41,598 nt of DNA, taken from positions 1-41,598 of the forward strand of contig CAYWZR010000001.1 of NCBI GenBank assembly GCA_964462885.1, written 5' to 3'. The notes under the pieces are model-generated. The model saw only the letters and a list, made by a program, of their open reading frames with translations. It ran no database searches and had not been told where the DNA came from. The stretch is from an uncultured Nitrospirota bacterium (lineage in GTDB: Bacteria > Nitrospirota > Thermodesulfovibrionia > SZUA-242). Below, in pieces: positions 7,997-17,558 of the stretch. Each line of letters starts with the position of its first letter. The first letter of the stretch is position 1. The position numbers and the translations under genes are program-made.

Positions 7997-9235
7997 TTAC
8001 GCCTCAGCCGTTTCTTCCGTCTTAATAACTTCATCTAGGTTGTCTGAAACATCTTCTGTCGGAGTTTTTTCCTTTACATCTTCTTCGCTCTCAGCCTCTT
8101 TAACTGTCTCTTCCAATGTCTCTTCCAATGTTTCTTTCAACGTTTCTTCGCTGGCTTCGGTCTCTCTTCTTATAGATTCTTCTATCTGATCGTTTCGAAT
8201 TTGCTCATATTCCTTATCACTTATTATATCGATCTGCCAACCCGTAAGCTTTATTGCAAGACGTACATTACCGCCTCTTCTGCCAATGGCCAGGGGAAGC
8301 TGACTTTCCTCCACTATTGCCATGGCTGATTTTTCCTCTTCGTTGACAGCTATTCTGTCTATAGTAGCCGGAGAAAGAGATTTGGAAATGAAAAGTTTTA
8401 GATCACCAGTCCAGGGAATGATGTCGATTTTTTCTCCTCTTAACTCTCGCACAATAGACTGAACGCGGGTTCCTTTCATTCCTACGCATGTTCCAACAGG
8501 GTCAATCATGCGGTCTTTTGAGGTGACGGCCATCTTGGTACGATCACCTGGCTCACGAACTATATTTATAATCTCGACTATGCCCTCTGATATTTCAGGA
8601 ACTTCCATTCTGAAAAGCGCTGAAACAAATTCAGGCCTGGTTCTCGAAAGCTGGATGCTGGGGCCTCTGGGTGTGAGTTTTACATCTTCAATAAACGCTC
8701 TTGCCATATCACCACGTCTGAGGCTTTCACCAGGAATAGAGGCCCTGATAGGTAAGATTCCTTCTGTTTTACCTATATTGATAAAAATAAGCCCTTTTTC
8801 ACGGCGTGTTACTGTGCCGTTTACAATTTCGCCTACGCGGTCTTTGTATTCAGAGTAGATAACATCGCGCTCAGAATTCCTCACCTTTTGGAAAAGAACC
8901 TGCTTGGCCGTCTGAGCGGCGATACGCCCGAAATCCTCGAGTTTCAATTCTTCTTCCAAGGTATCCCCAAGTTCCACGTCTGGGTCTACACCACAAGCAT
9001 CTTCATAGCTTATCTCGCTTTTAACATCCTCTACACTTTCAACTACTGTCAGAATGGAATGTGCTGTTATTTCACCTGTTGTAGGGTTTATCTTAACGCT
9101 GATATCGCTTCTTGCCTGGTGTTTCCGACGAGCGGCAGACTCCAGCGCCGCCTCAAGGTTTTCCAGAAGAACATCGCTGGAAACACCTCTCTCCCGACTT
9201 ATCTGTTCAATAAATTGTATCAATTCACGGCTCAT
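7997..9235 (-). CDS. nusA: Transcription termination/antitermination factor NusA
   Basis: 412 aa. N-terminal domain, S1 domain (GEIVNGTVTRREKGLIFINIGKTEGILP), and KH1/KH2 (DPVGTCVGMKGTRVQSIVREL, AIGRRGGNVRLAIKLTGW). It lies downstream of rimP. The acidic C-terminal tail is encoded by 12-bp repeats at 8105-8152. Confidence 0.95.
   Translation of the reverse strand: MSRELIQFIEQISRERGVSSDVLLENLEAALESAARRKHQARSDISVKINPTTGEITAHSILTVVESVEDVKSEISYEDACGVDPDVELGDTLEEELKLEDFGRIAAQTAKQVLFQKVRNSERDVIYSEYKDRVGEIVNGTVTRREKGLIFINIGKTEGILPIRASIPGESLRRGDMARAFIEDVKLTPRGPSIQLSRTRPEFVSALFRMEVPEISEGIVEIINIVREPGDRTKMAVTSKDRMIDPVGTCVGMKGTRVQSIVRELRGEKIDIIPWTGDLKLFISKSLSPATIDRIAVNEEEKSAMAIVEESQLPLAIGRRGGNVRLAIKLTGWQIDIISDKEYEQIRNDQIEESIRRETEASEETLKETLEETLEETVKEAESEEDVKEKTPTEDVSDNLDEVIKTEETAEA
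8105..8152. repeat. Four in-frame 12-bp tandem units (tgtctcttccaa and degenerate copies) encoding the (E-T-L-E/K)n tail of NusA
   Basis: The first two units are identical (8105-8116 and 8117-8128). The next two decay progressively. The protein reads EETLKETLEETLEETVKE. Confidence 0.8.
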
Positions 9236-9258
9236 ATATGCCTCCTACTGCAACTGGG

Positions 9259-9759
9259 CTAAAACTCGACTTCCAGCCTGGCCTTTTTAATTTTATTAAA
9301 AGGAACGGCAATGGCGATATCTCCATCAGATTCCAATACAACGCTCTCACCTTCCACACGCAAGATCCGTCCAACAATGGATCTCTTGTCACTTACCGGT
9401 TCAGCCATGGTCACCTTGGCCACTTTACCAGCAAAACGCATAAAATCCTCCAGGCTTTTAAGCGGACGGTCAAGTCCTGGCGAAGAAACCTCCAGAGCAT
9501 AGCTTCCTGGTACTATATCCTCTACATCCAGCAGGGCGGAGATCTCACGGCTTACGGCTGTACAATCATCTATACCAACTCCAAGATCATGGTCAATGGT
9601 AACCTTAAGTACGCCTCTGCTTGAGCCCTTGAAAAAAACTACGTCCACAAGTTCAAGCTTTCTGAACCGAATGACAGGTTCGATAATATCGGTTATTCTT
9701 TCTGTTAACGACAATTGAACATAGATCCTTATAAAATAAAAGAGTGGGGACTCACCCAC
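9259..9759 (-). CDS. rimP: Ribosome maturation factor RimP
   Basis: LEVSSPGLDRPLK signature, a C-terminal Sm-like part, and a position immediately upstream of nusA. The start is uncertain. A TTG near 9711 (LSLTERITDIIEPVI) would give a more typical N-terminus. Confidence 0.85.
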   Translation of the reverse strand: MGESPLFYFIRIYVQLSLTERITDIIEPVIRFRKLELVDVVFFKGSSRGVLKVTIDHDLGVGIDDCTAVSREISALLDVEDIVPGSYALEVSSPGLDRPLKSLEDFMRFAGKVAKVTMAEPVSDKRSIVGRILRVEGESVVLESDGDIAIAVPFNKIKKARLEVEF

Positions 9760-9844
9760 TCTATTATCTACAAAAATACCATGATTAGGCCCTCAAAAGC
9801 AAACAAATAAAGTAGGGATGAAACCATGTAATTATCCCTGCTCC

Positions 9845-9874
9845 TTGACATCCTGCCGACTGAAAATTTATATT
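9845..9874 (+). promoter_or_regulatory. Candidate sigma70-type promoter (TTGACA, 18 nt, TATATT) for the M50 protease-trpS-TPR-serC gene string
   Basis: TTGACA at 9845-9850 and TATATT at 9869-9874, about 50 nt upstream of the start at 9923. Pattern match only. Confidence 0.35.
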
Positions 9875-9922
9875 TCATACTGACTTACCGCTAATTCTCC
9901 CACCAGGCAGGACAGACATACT

Positions 9923-10588
9923 TTGGATACTACAATCATAATTCAGAAGATAGCCATAAACGCGCTTCCTCTTTTGTTTTCCATTATCCTTCACGAGATT
10001 TCTCACGGGTATGTGGCCGATAAGCTTGGAGACCCTACGGCTCGCATGCTGGGCAGGCTTACACTTAACCCTTTGCCACACATAGACCCTGTAGGAACCG
10101 TCCTGATACCGCTTATGCTCCTAGCTACAGGAAGTCCCGTACTCTTTGGCTATGCCAAGCCTGTGCCCATAACAACAAACAACTTCAAAAACCCTAGACG
10201 TGACATGGCGATATCAGCAGCCGCAGGCCCAGTTGCCAATATCTTGCTTGCCGTAATCAGTGTCATCCTTTTTAGATTCGTGCAACATGCTTTAAACATG
10301 CAGGTCGGTACTGCGGTTCTCCTCCCGTTAGGCTTGATGCTTAAGACAGCCATTTTGTGGAATGTTTACCTGGCGATGTTTAACCTGATACCGCTTCTGC
10401 CGCTGGATGGCGGCAGGGTACTCATGGGCTTTCTACCACCCAAGCAGGCATATTCGTTTTCGAAAATAGAGCCTTATGGTTTTTTTATTTTAATTGCTCT
10501 TATATTCACCGGACTCACACGCTATATTGTGGGTTGTCCGGCGAATTTTATGTTCGGAATTCTCGAATGGATAGGCAGACTGATATGA
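9923..10588 (+). CDS. Site-2 protease family zinc metalloprotease (peptidase M50)
   Basis: 221-aa polytopic protein with HEISHGYVA (HExxH) and the second motif NLIPLLPLDGG. TTG start. Confidence 0.85.
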   Translation: MDTTIIIQKIAINALPLLFSIILHEISHGYVADKLGDPTARMLGRLTLNPLPHIDPVGTVLIPLMLLATGSPVLFGYAKPVPITTNNFKNPRRDMAISAAAGPVANILLAVISVILFRFVQHALNMQVGTAVLLPLGLMLKTAILWNVYLAMFNLIPLLPLDGGRVLMGFLPPKQAYSFSKIEPYGFFILIALIFTGLTRYIVGCPANFMFGILEWIGRLI

Positions 10589-11577
10589 AGACTCCTCCCA
10601 AAAAACGTGTTCTTTCCGGAATGCAGCCAAGCGGTCGGCTTCACCTTGGCAATCTGGTGGGAGCGCTTCAAAACTGGGTACATTTGCAGGATGAATATGA
10701 TTGTTTTTTCTTTGTGGCCGATTGGCACGCTCTAACATCAGGCTACGCCGACACATCGGCATTTAAAGACAATATATATAATGTTCTGGCTGACTGGCTT
10801 GCAGCAGGACTTGACCCTGAACGCTCTACCATCTTTATTCAATCAATGGTTAAAGAGCATGCGGAGTTGCATGTTCTGCTCAGCATGATTACCCCCTTGA
10901 GCTGGCTGGAAAGAGTGCCTACCTATAAGGAAAAACAGGAAGAGATTCGCGGTAAGGACTTAGGGACTTATGGATTTCTGGGGTATCCGCTTCTCCAGTC
11001 AGCTGATATTCTTACCTACAGGCCGACTTACGTACCTGTCGGAGTCGATCAGCTTCCGCATCTTGAAATCACCAGAGAAGTAGCGCGCCGCTTCAACCAT
11101 TTCTATGGGAACGTGTTGCCGGAGCCGGAGGGACTGCTAACAAAATTCCCCAAGGTACCGGGCGTTGACGGACGAAAGATGTCCAAATCCTACGATAACT
11201 GTATATATCTATCCGACCCACCAGAGGTTGTAGATAAGAAAATAAAAACCATGATAACAGATCCATCCAGAGCCAGGCGTACCGACCCGGGTGATCCACA
11301 TATCTGTCCTGTGTTTGATCTGCACAAAATCTTTTCGACTGATGATGAACGCAGCAGTTGTGCCGAGGGATGCAGAACAGCAAGAATCGGATGCATAGAC
11401 TGCAAGAAAATTCTTATTCCACACATTCTTAATATTCTTGAACCTATTTACACAAAAAGGCAGGATCTTATAAAAAATCCCGAGCATCTGGCATCTATAG
11501 CCAGCGAGGGCAGCCGGAAGGCAACCACTATTGCATCCCAGACAATGGAAGTCGTGCGAAAAGCTATGCGGATATAA
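10585..11577 (+). CDS. trpS: Tryptophan--tRNA ligase
   Basis: The track ORF starts at 10534. The ATG at 10585 overlaps the upstream stop (ATGA). The protein starts MKTPPKKRVLSGMQPSGRLHLGNLVGAL (HIGH-type motif) and carries KMSKS (GRKMSKSYDN). Confidence 0.93.
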   Translation: MKTPPKKRVLSGMQPSGRLHLGNLVGALQNWVHLQDEYDCFFFVADWHALTSGYADTSAFKDNIYNVLADWLAAGLDPERSTIFIQSMVKEHAELHVLLSMITPLSWLERVPTYKEKQEEIRGKDLGTYGFLGYPLLQSADILTYRPTYVPVGVDQLPHLEITREVARRFNHFYGNVLPEPEGLLTKFPKVPGVDGRKMSKSYDNCIYLSDPPEVVDKKIKTMITDPSRARRTDPGDPHICPVFDLHKIFSTDDERSSCAEGCRTARIGCIDCKKILIPHILNILEPIYTKRQDLIKNPEHLASIASEGSRKATTIASQTMEVVRKAMRI

Positions 11578-11582
11578 CAACT

Positions 11583-12419
11583 ATGAAAATAATGATAAGT
11601 AACGACAAATTGTTCAATTTGCATAAAACAAGATTCTTTCAAATATTTCTACCTCGCAATTACCTGCAAATTGTTCTGTTTGTAATACTTGCAATAAGTG
11701 TACTGAGTTTCGGATGCGCAGGTGGCGCCGTGTCTGCCAAAGCTGTCAAAAGATCAAACGCGCACTATATGCTTGGAACGACTTATATTAACCAGAACAG
11801 GCTGCAAGACGCCTTTTTGGCCTTTCAAAAATCTTTAGCCGAAGACCCTAAAAACAAAGATTCTCTAAACATGCTCGGATATGTTTATTTCTTGCTTGGT
11901 GAATATGATCAGGCCCTGGAGATTTATCAGAAAGCTATACTGATAGACCCAAACTTCTCCGAGGCGTACAACAACATGGCCTTGACGTACAATGCAATGA
12001 AAAAATGGGATGAATCCATAGCATCTTGCATCAAAGCGCTAGAAAATCCATTATATATTACCCCGGAGTTCGCGTTAAACAACATGGGACAAGCGTACAT
12101 GATGAAGGGCGATTACAGTGCTGCCATTAAAACACTTAAAAGAGCACTTATGCGCAGACCGATACCGCAGGCAAGTTATAACCTGGCTCTTACTTACATC
12201 CGCTTAGGCAATGATTCTAGAGCAATAAGGGAACTGGAGATGCTGGTTGAACATGCTCCAAAATACGTGGATGCGCATTTTGAGCTTGCAATGCTTTACC
12301 AGAAGCGTGGCGAAACAGATAAGGCCAGGAAACATTTTACTGAAGCAATCAGCGCGGGCCCTGGTTCCGAGTTGAGCATCAGGGCCAAAGAAGAACTTAA
12401 AAAAATGGAGATAAAATAA
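11583..12419 (+). CDS. TPR-repeat lipoprotein (PilW/PilF-like architecture; function not established)
   Basis: Lipobox LSFGC after a hydrophobic N-terminal helix, followed by about 6 TPR units (e.g. AFLAFQKSLAEDPKNKDSLNMLGYVY). Confidence 0.75.
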   Translation: MKIMISNDKLFNLHKTRFFQIFLPRNYLQIVLFVILAISVLSFGCAGGAVSAKAVKRSNAHYMLGTTYINQNRLQDAFLAFQKSLAEDPKNKDSLNMLGYVYFLLGEYDQALEIYQKAILIDPNFSEAYNNMALTYNAMKKWDESIASCIKALENPLYITPEFALNNMGQAYMMKGDYSAAIKTLKRALMRRPIPQASYNLALTYIRLGNDSRAIRELEMLVEHAPKYVDAHFELAMLYQKRGETDKARKHFTEAISAGPGSELSIRAKEELKKMEIK

Positions 12420-13501
12420 TGTCAAGAGTTTACAATTTCAGCGCCGGGCCTGCCGCCCTGCCACTTGAAGTGCTTGAGAAAGCCAGGGACGAAATGATCG
12501 ACCATAAAGGTTCCGGTATGTCTGTCATGGAGATGAGCCACAGAAGCAAGGAATTTATGGATATTTTCGATCGCGCGGAGGCCGGCCTCCGCGACTTAAT
12601 GCAGATACCGGATAATTACAAGGTATTGTTTCTGCAAGGAGGAGCCTCCAGCCAGTTTGCAATGGTTCCTTTAAACCTATTAAAAGGCAAGACAGATGCC
12701 GACTATATTCATACTGGAATGTGGTCTAAAAAAGCGATAGCTGAAGCAAAGCGGTACTGTGAGGTCAATACTGCTTTTTCTTCTGAAAATGTCAATTTTA
12801 ACCGCGTGCCCGAGGCGAGTGAGCTTCGGTTAAACCCTGAGGCTGCCTACTGCCACATGACTTCTAATAACACAATTTTCGGCACAGAGTTCCAATACAC
12901 CCCTGATACAGGTAATGTTCCCCTTGTGACCGATGCATCTTCTAATATTCTATCGCGGCCTTTTGACGTATCGCGCTTTGGAATTATCTATGCGGGTGCA
13001 CAGAAAAATATCGGTCCCAGTGGACTTACAATAGTAATTATTCGTGAGGACTTGGTGGGCAATGCTGCTGATGTTACTCCAACCATGTTCAACTACGAAA
13101 CCCATGTTAAAGGCAACTCCATGTTCAATACTCCTCCAACCTATGGCATTTACATTGCCGGCCTTGTTTTTGAGTGGATTAAGAAAAAAGGAGGCCTTGT
13201 TGAAATCGAAAAAATAAATATCAAAAAGGCAAAAAAACTTTACTCATGTATTGATAACAGTGTTTTCTACGACTGTCCAACCGAGTCGTCGAGCCGTTCC
13301 CGCATGAATGTACCGTTTACTCTCTCAAATTCCGGGCTTGATGGAACCTTTCTTGAAGAGGCAAAGGCAGCAGGACTGGTAACACTGAAGGGACACCGTT
13401 CTGTAGGCGGCATGCGTGCATCCATTTATAACGCCATGCCTGAAGAAGGAATTGATGCCCTGATCGGTTTTATGGAAGAGTTCGAGCAGAAGCATGGGTA
13501 G
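12419..13501 (+). CDS. serC: Phosphoserine aminotransferase
   Basis: 360 aa. N-terminus MSRVYNFSAGPAALPLEVLEKA, then GAQKNIGPSGLTIVIIR (PLP-Lys context) and HRSVGGMRASIYNAMP. Confidence 0.93.
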   Translation: MSRVYNFSAGPAALPLEVLEKARDEMIDHKGSGMSVMEMSHRSKEFMDIFDRAEAGLRDLMQIPDNYKVLFLQGGASSQFAMVPLNLLKGKTDADYIHTGMWSKKAIAEAKRYCEVNTAFSSENVNFNRVPEASELRLNPEAAYCHMTSNNTIFGTEFQYTPDTGNVPLVTDASSNILSRPFDVSRFGIIYAGAQKNIGPSGLTIVIIREDLVGNAADVTPTMFNYETHVKGNSMFNTPPTYGIYIAGLVFEWIKKKGGLVEIEKINIKKAKKLYSCIDNSVFYDCPTESSSRSRMNVPFTLSNSGLDGTFLEEAKAAGLVTLKGHRSVGGMRASIYNAMPEEGIDALIGFMEEFEQKHG

Positions 13502-13560
13502 TAGGGACAATCCCCCCCGTGGTTGCCCAAAAAGGCACCAACAAACCCAATTAATACTAG

Positions 13561-13709
13561 TTAGAGTCTGTCCATAAATTGCCTTTTTTTATTTTTGTCA
13601 TGCCCGAAGTCTTTAATCGGGCATCCAGAACTCATTGAAAAGACTGGATTCCGGCTTAAGAACTGCCGGAATGACAGATAGAGAGACTGAATTTATGGAC
13701 AGAGTCTAA
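13561..13709. mobile_element. 149-bp imperfect palindromic, MITE-like structured element between convergent genes
   Basis: 20-bp terminal inverted repeats ttagagtctgtccataaatt (13561-13580) and aatttatggacagagtctaa (13690-13709) match at 19/20. Internal features are tgtcat/atgaca; two 7-bp-stem, 9-nt-loop hairpins (tgcccga..tcgggca at 13601-13623 and ttccggc..gccggaa at 13649-13671); and a central tccag..ctgga hairpin. There is no coding capacity. Confidence 0.55.
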
Positions 13710-14843
13710 TTAAATAAGTTCTGTGTCGTCTCTGTAAGTATCGTAAATTTCCCTGAATTTTTCGGATGATTTTCTAAAGGCATCAAGAACTTGCGGATCA
13801 AAGTGTTCCGGTACAGTTCTTCCATCACCCTCTGTAATTATCTTTACAACGGTTTCCTGATCAAGCGCAGGCTTGTAGGGTCTTTTGCTTCTAAGAGCAT
13901 CATATTGGTCGGCAATATTCATCATTCTGCCTGATATAGGTATTGCTTCCCCCTTAAGACCTGCGGGGTAGCCTTTTCCGTCCCACCTTTCGTGATGGCT
14001 TAGCGCAATTTCTTCCGACATCTTCAGGTAAGGCGACATTGAGCCTCTCAGTATCTTTGCGCCGATTGTGGTATGTATCTTCATAACCTCAAATTCATCA
14101 CGGGAAAGATGTCCTTTTTTAAGTAGAATATTGTCAGGAATAGCTACCTTGCCGATATCATGCATAGGGGATGCATAATTTATGGTTTCCGTATATTCTG
14201 CGTCCATACCCATAGCGATAGAAAGTTCTTTTGTATAAAAACCAACCCTTCGTATATGAACGCCGGTGTCTTCGTCTTTATATTCGGATGTAAGAGTAAG
14301 ACGGTAAACAGTCTCGATATATCCCTCTCTTACCTTTCGGTATACATCATCCAATTGATCGAGAGCAGTCTGTAAGTGCTTTGTCCTAGTTGCAACCTGT
14401 GCTTCAAGGATTATATTATGATTTTCCAGAAAGTCATGATACTCCTTTATTTTAAGGTTGTTTTTAATACGTAGTGACAACTCCTGAAGATCTACCGGTT
14501 TTATCAGAAAATCGTTTGCTCCTTTTGATATACCTGTAAGCTTGTCACTCCTTTCATCAAGTGCTGTTAGAATTATAATCGGTATATGTTTAGTTGTTTC
14601 TTGGGCTTTGATCTGTTCTGTTGCATCAAATCCGTTCATTCCAGGCATCATCACATCCATGAGTATTAGATCCGGCATATGCAGATAACTGTACTCCACC
14701 GCTTCGTATCCGTTGTTGGCAATAACTGTTTTATACCCGATATTTTCACAAAAATCCTTAAAAAGATTTGCATTCTTTTCTTCATCATCAACTATAAGAA
14801 TAGTTGGGGTCTTTCCCTTGAAAATTATATTCTCCATTATCAT
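13710..14843 (-). CDS. Response regulator with HD-GYP c-di-GMP phosphodiesterase domain (RpfG family)
   Basis: 377 aa. REC domain ([10 protein letters not shown] ... [15 protein letters not shown] ... LIKP), a coiled linker, HD (MHDIGKVAI) and a canonical [11 protein letters not shown] motif. Confidence 0.9.
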   Translation of the reverse strand: MIMENIIFKGKTPTILIVDDEEKNANLFKDFCENIGYKTVIANNGYEAVEYSYLHMPDLILMDVMMPGMNGFDATEQIKAQETTKHIPIIILTALDERSDKLTGISKGANDFLIKPVDLQELSLRIKNNLKIKEYHDFLENHNIILEAQVATRTKHLQTALDQLDDVYRKVREGYIETVYRLTLTSEYKDEDTGVHIRRVGFYTKELSIAMGMDAEYTETINYASPMHDIGKVAIPDNILLKKGHLSRDEFEVMKIHTTIGAKILRGSMSPYLKMSEEIALSHHERWDGKGYPAGLKGEAIPISGRMMNIADQYDALRSKRPYKPALDQETVVKIITEGDGRTVPEHFDPQVLDAFRKSSEKFREIYDTYRDDTELI

Positions 14844-14867
14844 CTCCCTTTTCTTACACGCCTTGCT

Positions 14868-17462
14868 TCAAATATATTCCGACAATAAACCTGCTGCTCT
14901 TACACTTCCTTGTTTCAAAGGTAACCTGACAATAAACCTGCTACCCTTATTCGGTTCGCTTTCGGCCCATATTTCGCCATTATGCGCCTCAATTATTTTT
15001 TTACAGAGGGTTAGCCCGAGCCCTGTCCCCTTATACTTTTTGCTGTAAGAACTCTCGATCTGTTCAAACGGCTTAAAAATATTATTAAGGTTTTCCTTAG
15101 AGATACCTATACCTGAATCTTCGACACTTAACTGAATAAAGTCTTCTTTGGGTGTAGAGGTTTGGGATTGAAATTCTGAGCTATGGAGAATACACGCTCT
15201 TATCTTTATCGTGCCATTTGCAGGCGTGAATTTCTCCGCGTTACTCAGCAGGTTTACCAGCACCTGTTTCAGTCTCTTCTGGTCTCCTTCAAACACATCA
15301 ATATTTTTGTCTATTTCGACATCTATTTTCATACCTTGCTTCAGCGCCTTTTTCTTGATAAACATAAGGCTTCTGTTAATAAGCAGTCTTACATCCACAG
15401 TAGAATGTTCAAGTTGTAGTTTTCTTGTCTCTATTTTGCTTAGATCAAGGATATTATTTATCAGTGAAAGAAGGTGAGCGCCGCCTTCGAATATATCATT
15501 AACATATCTCGCCTGTTTTTCTGAAAGCTTGCCTGTGATACCTTGAAGCATAAGATCGGAAAAACCGATAATCGCATTAAGAGGCGTTCTTAATTCGTGA
15601 GACATATTTGCCAAAAATTCGCTTTTGGTCCTGTTGGCTGACTCTGCCGCTAACTTTGCCAACTCAAGTTCGGCTGTTCTCTTTTTCACCTTCTCCTCGA
15701 GTCCTTCTACCAATTTTACATTCTCGGTAGCAGTGGCTATCTGGTTTCCTAGTACCCGAAATAGCCTTACTCTGTCTTTTGTAAAAAACTGTGGTTCATC
15801 GCTGTAAGTATTAAAGACTCCTATTACATGAGAGTCTGAAGACAAAAGCGGTACGGCCATTGAGGATTGATACCCCCTCTCAATTGCCTCATTATTCCAG
15901 AGAGCATATCGAGGGTCTGTAGTGATGTTATTCATCAACTGTGGGCTTTCTGTCTTTATAGCCATACCGGTCGGCCCCATTCCTTCTGGAGAATCATCCC
16001 ATTTAACTGTTATGCTGGATAAATATCCCTCTTCAAAGCCTGCGTGTGCAACAGGTTTTACATCATAGCTTCCTTCTTCGATAAACCCCAGCCATGCCAT
16101 CTTTAATCCGAAGTCACGAACCACGATATTACAGATGGCATCGTAAACATTACCCGTAACCGACTCTGCGCTAATAACATTAGAGGCATCAACAAGGGCC
16201 ATCATCTCCTCACTGTGTTTCTTTAGCGCCTTTTCCACCAGTTTGCGTTCGGTAATGTCATAGGCATAGATTCTAAGAGCCTTTTTCTCGGGAATAAGGT
16301 GAATATACTCCCCTAAAATAGTACCGCCGATATCTACTTCAGCGTATGTGCTTTCTTTCCCCTCTGACTCCAAATCCTTCACTATTGTCGGTAGATTGGC
16401 TGGCATGATTTCAGCATCTTTAATTTTCAACTCTTTTATAACTCTTTGGGCTACCGGATTAATGTAGGTAATATTGTAGTTTTTATCGCACTCCACAACA
16501 GGATGCGGTGTTTTTTCAGGAAACGAGGCAAGAGCGGCGATATTCTCCATGTTCTTTTCTTTATCATCAAAAAGAAAGCTTAATGTACGAGCCATGTTAT
16601 TAAAGGCATTGCCGAGCCTGCCTATTTCATCCTGTCTTACCGAATCGACTCTGACCTCAAAGTTCCCCTTCTCAACCTCTTTTGCCGCATCTCTTAACTG
16701 CCAGAGTGGCTTAACAAGGGTCTGCCTGATAAAAAATACAAATGAAATAAATGAGATAACAGATAGAAACATTATGCTTATACTAATTTTTTTATATATG
16801 CCGGAATCTCTCTCATAATCGCTCACAAGATGCTCGGTAAAGCGGTTAATGTCATCGACATAATTAATAATCATAAGGTTATATTCTTTAAGCGCTAAGG
16901 AGTGTTTCCCTTCCACAGCTTTTGTAATTATCGGCTTCATCCTATGTTCCCATGTATCAATAAGCTTTTTGAGCGGGGAGATAACATGCTCATCTTTGCG
17001 GGATGGCTTGCCGATTTCATGTTTTTGGCTCCCATCCCTTAAGGCGTAAAGAGCTTCCTCAAATTCCGATATTTTCTCTGAAATTAAATAATTCAGAGTG
17101 TTTATACGTTTTTTATCTGTCTCTTTTTCTGCCTCATTCATCAACCATGCAATCTCAAAGCTGCGTATTCTTTCAGAATCGGCAAGATTAATTTTTCGCG
17201 CGTCATCCTCTATTTGCTTTGTGAACCAAAGGGATATAGAGATGTAAGAGCCAATAATTACTAGGAAGATAAGCCCTATGAGAATGTACTTTGTGATCAG
17301 TGATTTGAAGGTAATCATAGGGTTCCCGACATCTGCTACTGCCGTATCTGTAAGTGTGATCACGAGTCCTGTATTATCCCTGATAATGATGGAGATCAAA
17401 GGGATCGCCACTACCGCCAGTTCTTGTCTGCCGTAGGAGAATAATTCTTTAGAGTAGAGCAC
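14868..17462 (-). CDS. Sensor histidine kinase: 2 TM + helical periplasmic region, HAMP, PAS, GAF, HisKA, HATPase_c
   Basis: H-box is [19 protein letters not shown]-box is [25 protein letters not shown] is [31 protein letters not shown]. The GTG start at 17462 has no obvious SD. The ATG at 17318 ([13 protein letters not shown], start of TM1) is an alternative. Confidence 0.88.
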   Translation of the reverse strand: MLYSKELFSYGRQELAVVAIPLISIIIRDNTGLVITLTDTAVADVGNPMITFKSLITKYILIGLIFLVIIGSYISISLWFTKQIEDDARKINLADSERIRSFEIAWLMNEAEKETDKKRINTLNYLISEKISEFEEALYALRDGSQKHEIGKPSRKDEHVISPLKKLIDTWEHRMKPIITKAVEGKHSLALKEYNLMIINYVDDINRFTEHLVSDYERDSGIYKKISISIMFLSVISFISFVFFIRQTLVKPLWQLRDAAKEVEKGNFEVRVDSVRQDEIGRLGNAFNNMARTLSFLFDDKEKNMENIAALASFPEKTPHPVVECDKNYNITYINPVAQRVIKELKIKDAEIMPANLPTIVKDLESEGKESTYAEVDIGGTILGEYIHLIPEKKALRIYAYDITERKLVEKALKKHSEEMMALVDASNVISAESVTGNVYDAICNIVVRDFGLKMAWLGFIEEGSYDVKPVAHAGFEEGYLSSITVKWDDSPEGMGPTGMAIKTESPQLMNNITTDPRYALWNNEAIERGYQSSMAVPLLSSDSHVIGVFNTYSDEPQFFTKDRVRLFRVLGNQIATATENVKLVEGLEEKVKKRTAELELAKLAAESANRTKSEFLANMSHELRTPLNAIIGFSDLMLQGITGKLSEKQARYVNDIFEGGAHLLSLINNILDLSKIETRKLQLEHSTVDVRLLINRSLMFIKKKALKQGMKIDVEIDKNIDVFEGDQKRLKQVLVNLLSNAEKFTPANGTIKIRACILHSSEFQSQTSTPKEDFIQLSVEDSGIGISKENLNNIFKPFEQIESSYSKKYKGTGLGLTLCKKIIEAHNGEIWAESEPNKGSRFIVRLPLKQGSVRAAGLLSEYI

Positions 17463-17507
17463 CTAAAACCGAGAAGGAAGAGCCGGTGGAGGTATATGGT
17501 GTTGCTA

Positions 17508-17519
17508 CAACCCGGGTTG
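17508..17519. promoter_or_regulatory. Perfect 12-bp palindrome CAACCCGGGTTG in the divergent kinase-kinase intergenic region
   Basis: Read directly from the sequence. It is the only GC-rich dyad in the 96-bp divergent region. Function unknown. Confidence 0.2.
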
Positions 17520-17558
17520 CCGACACTAAAATAAAATTGTCAGGGCACAGGTAAAAAA

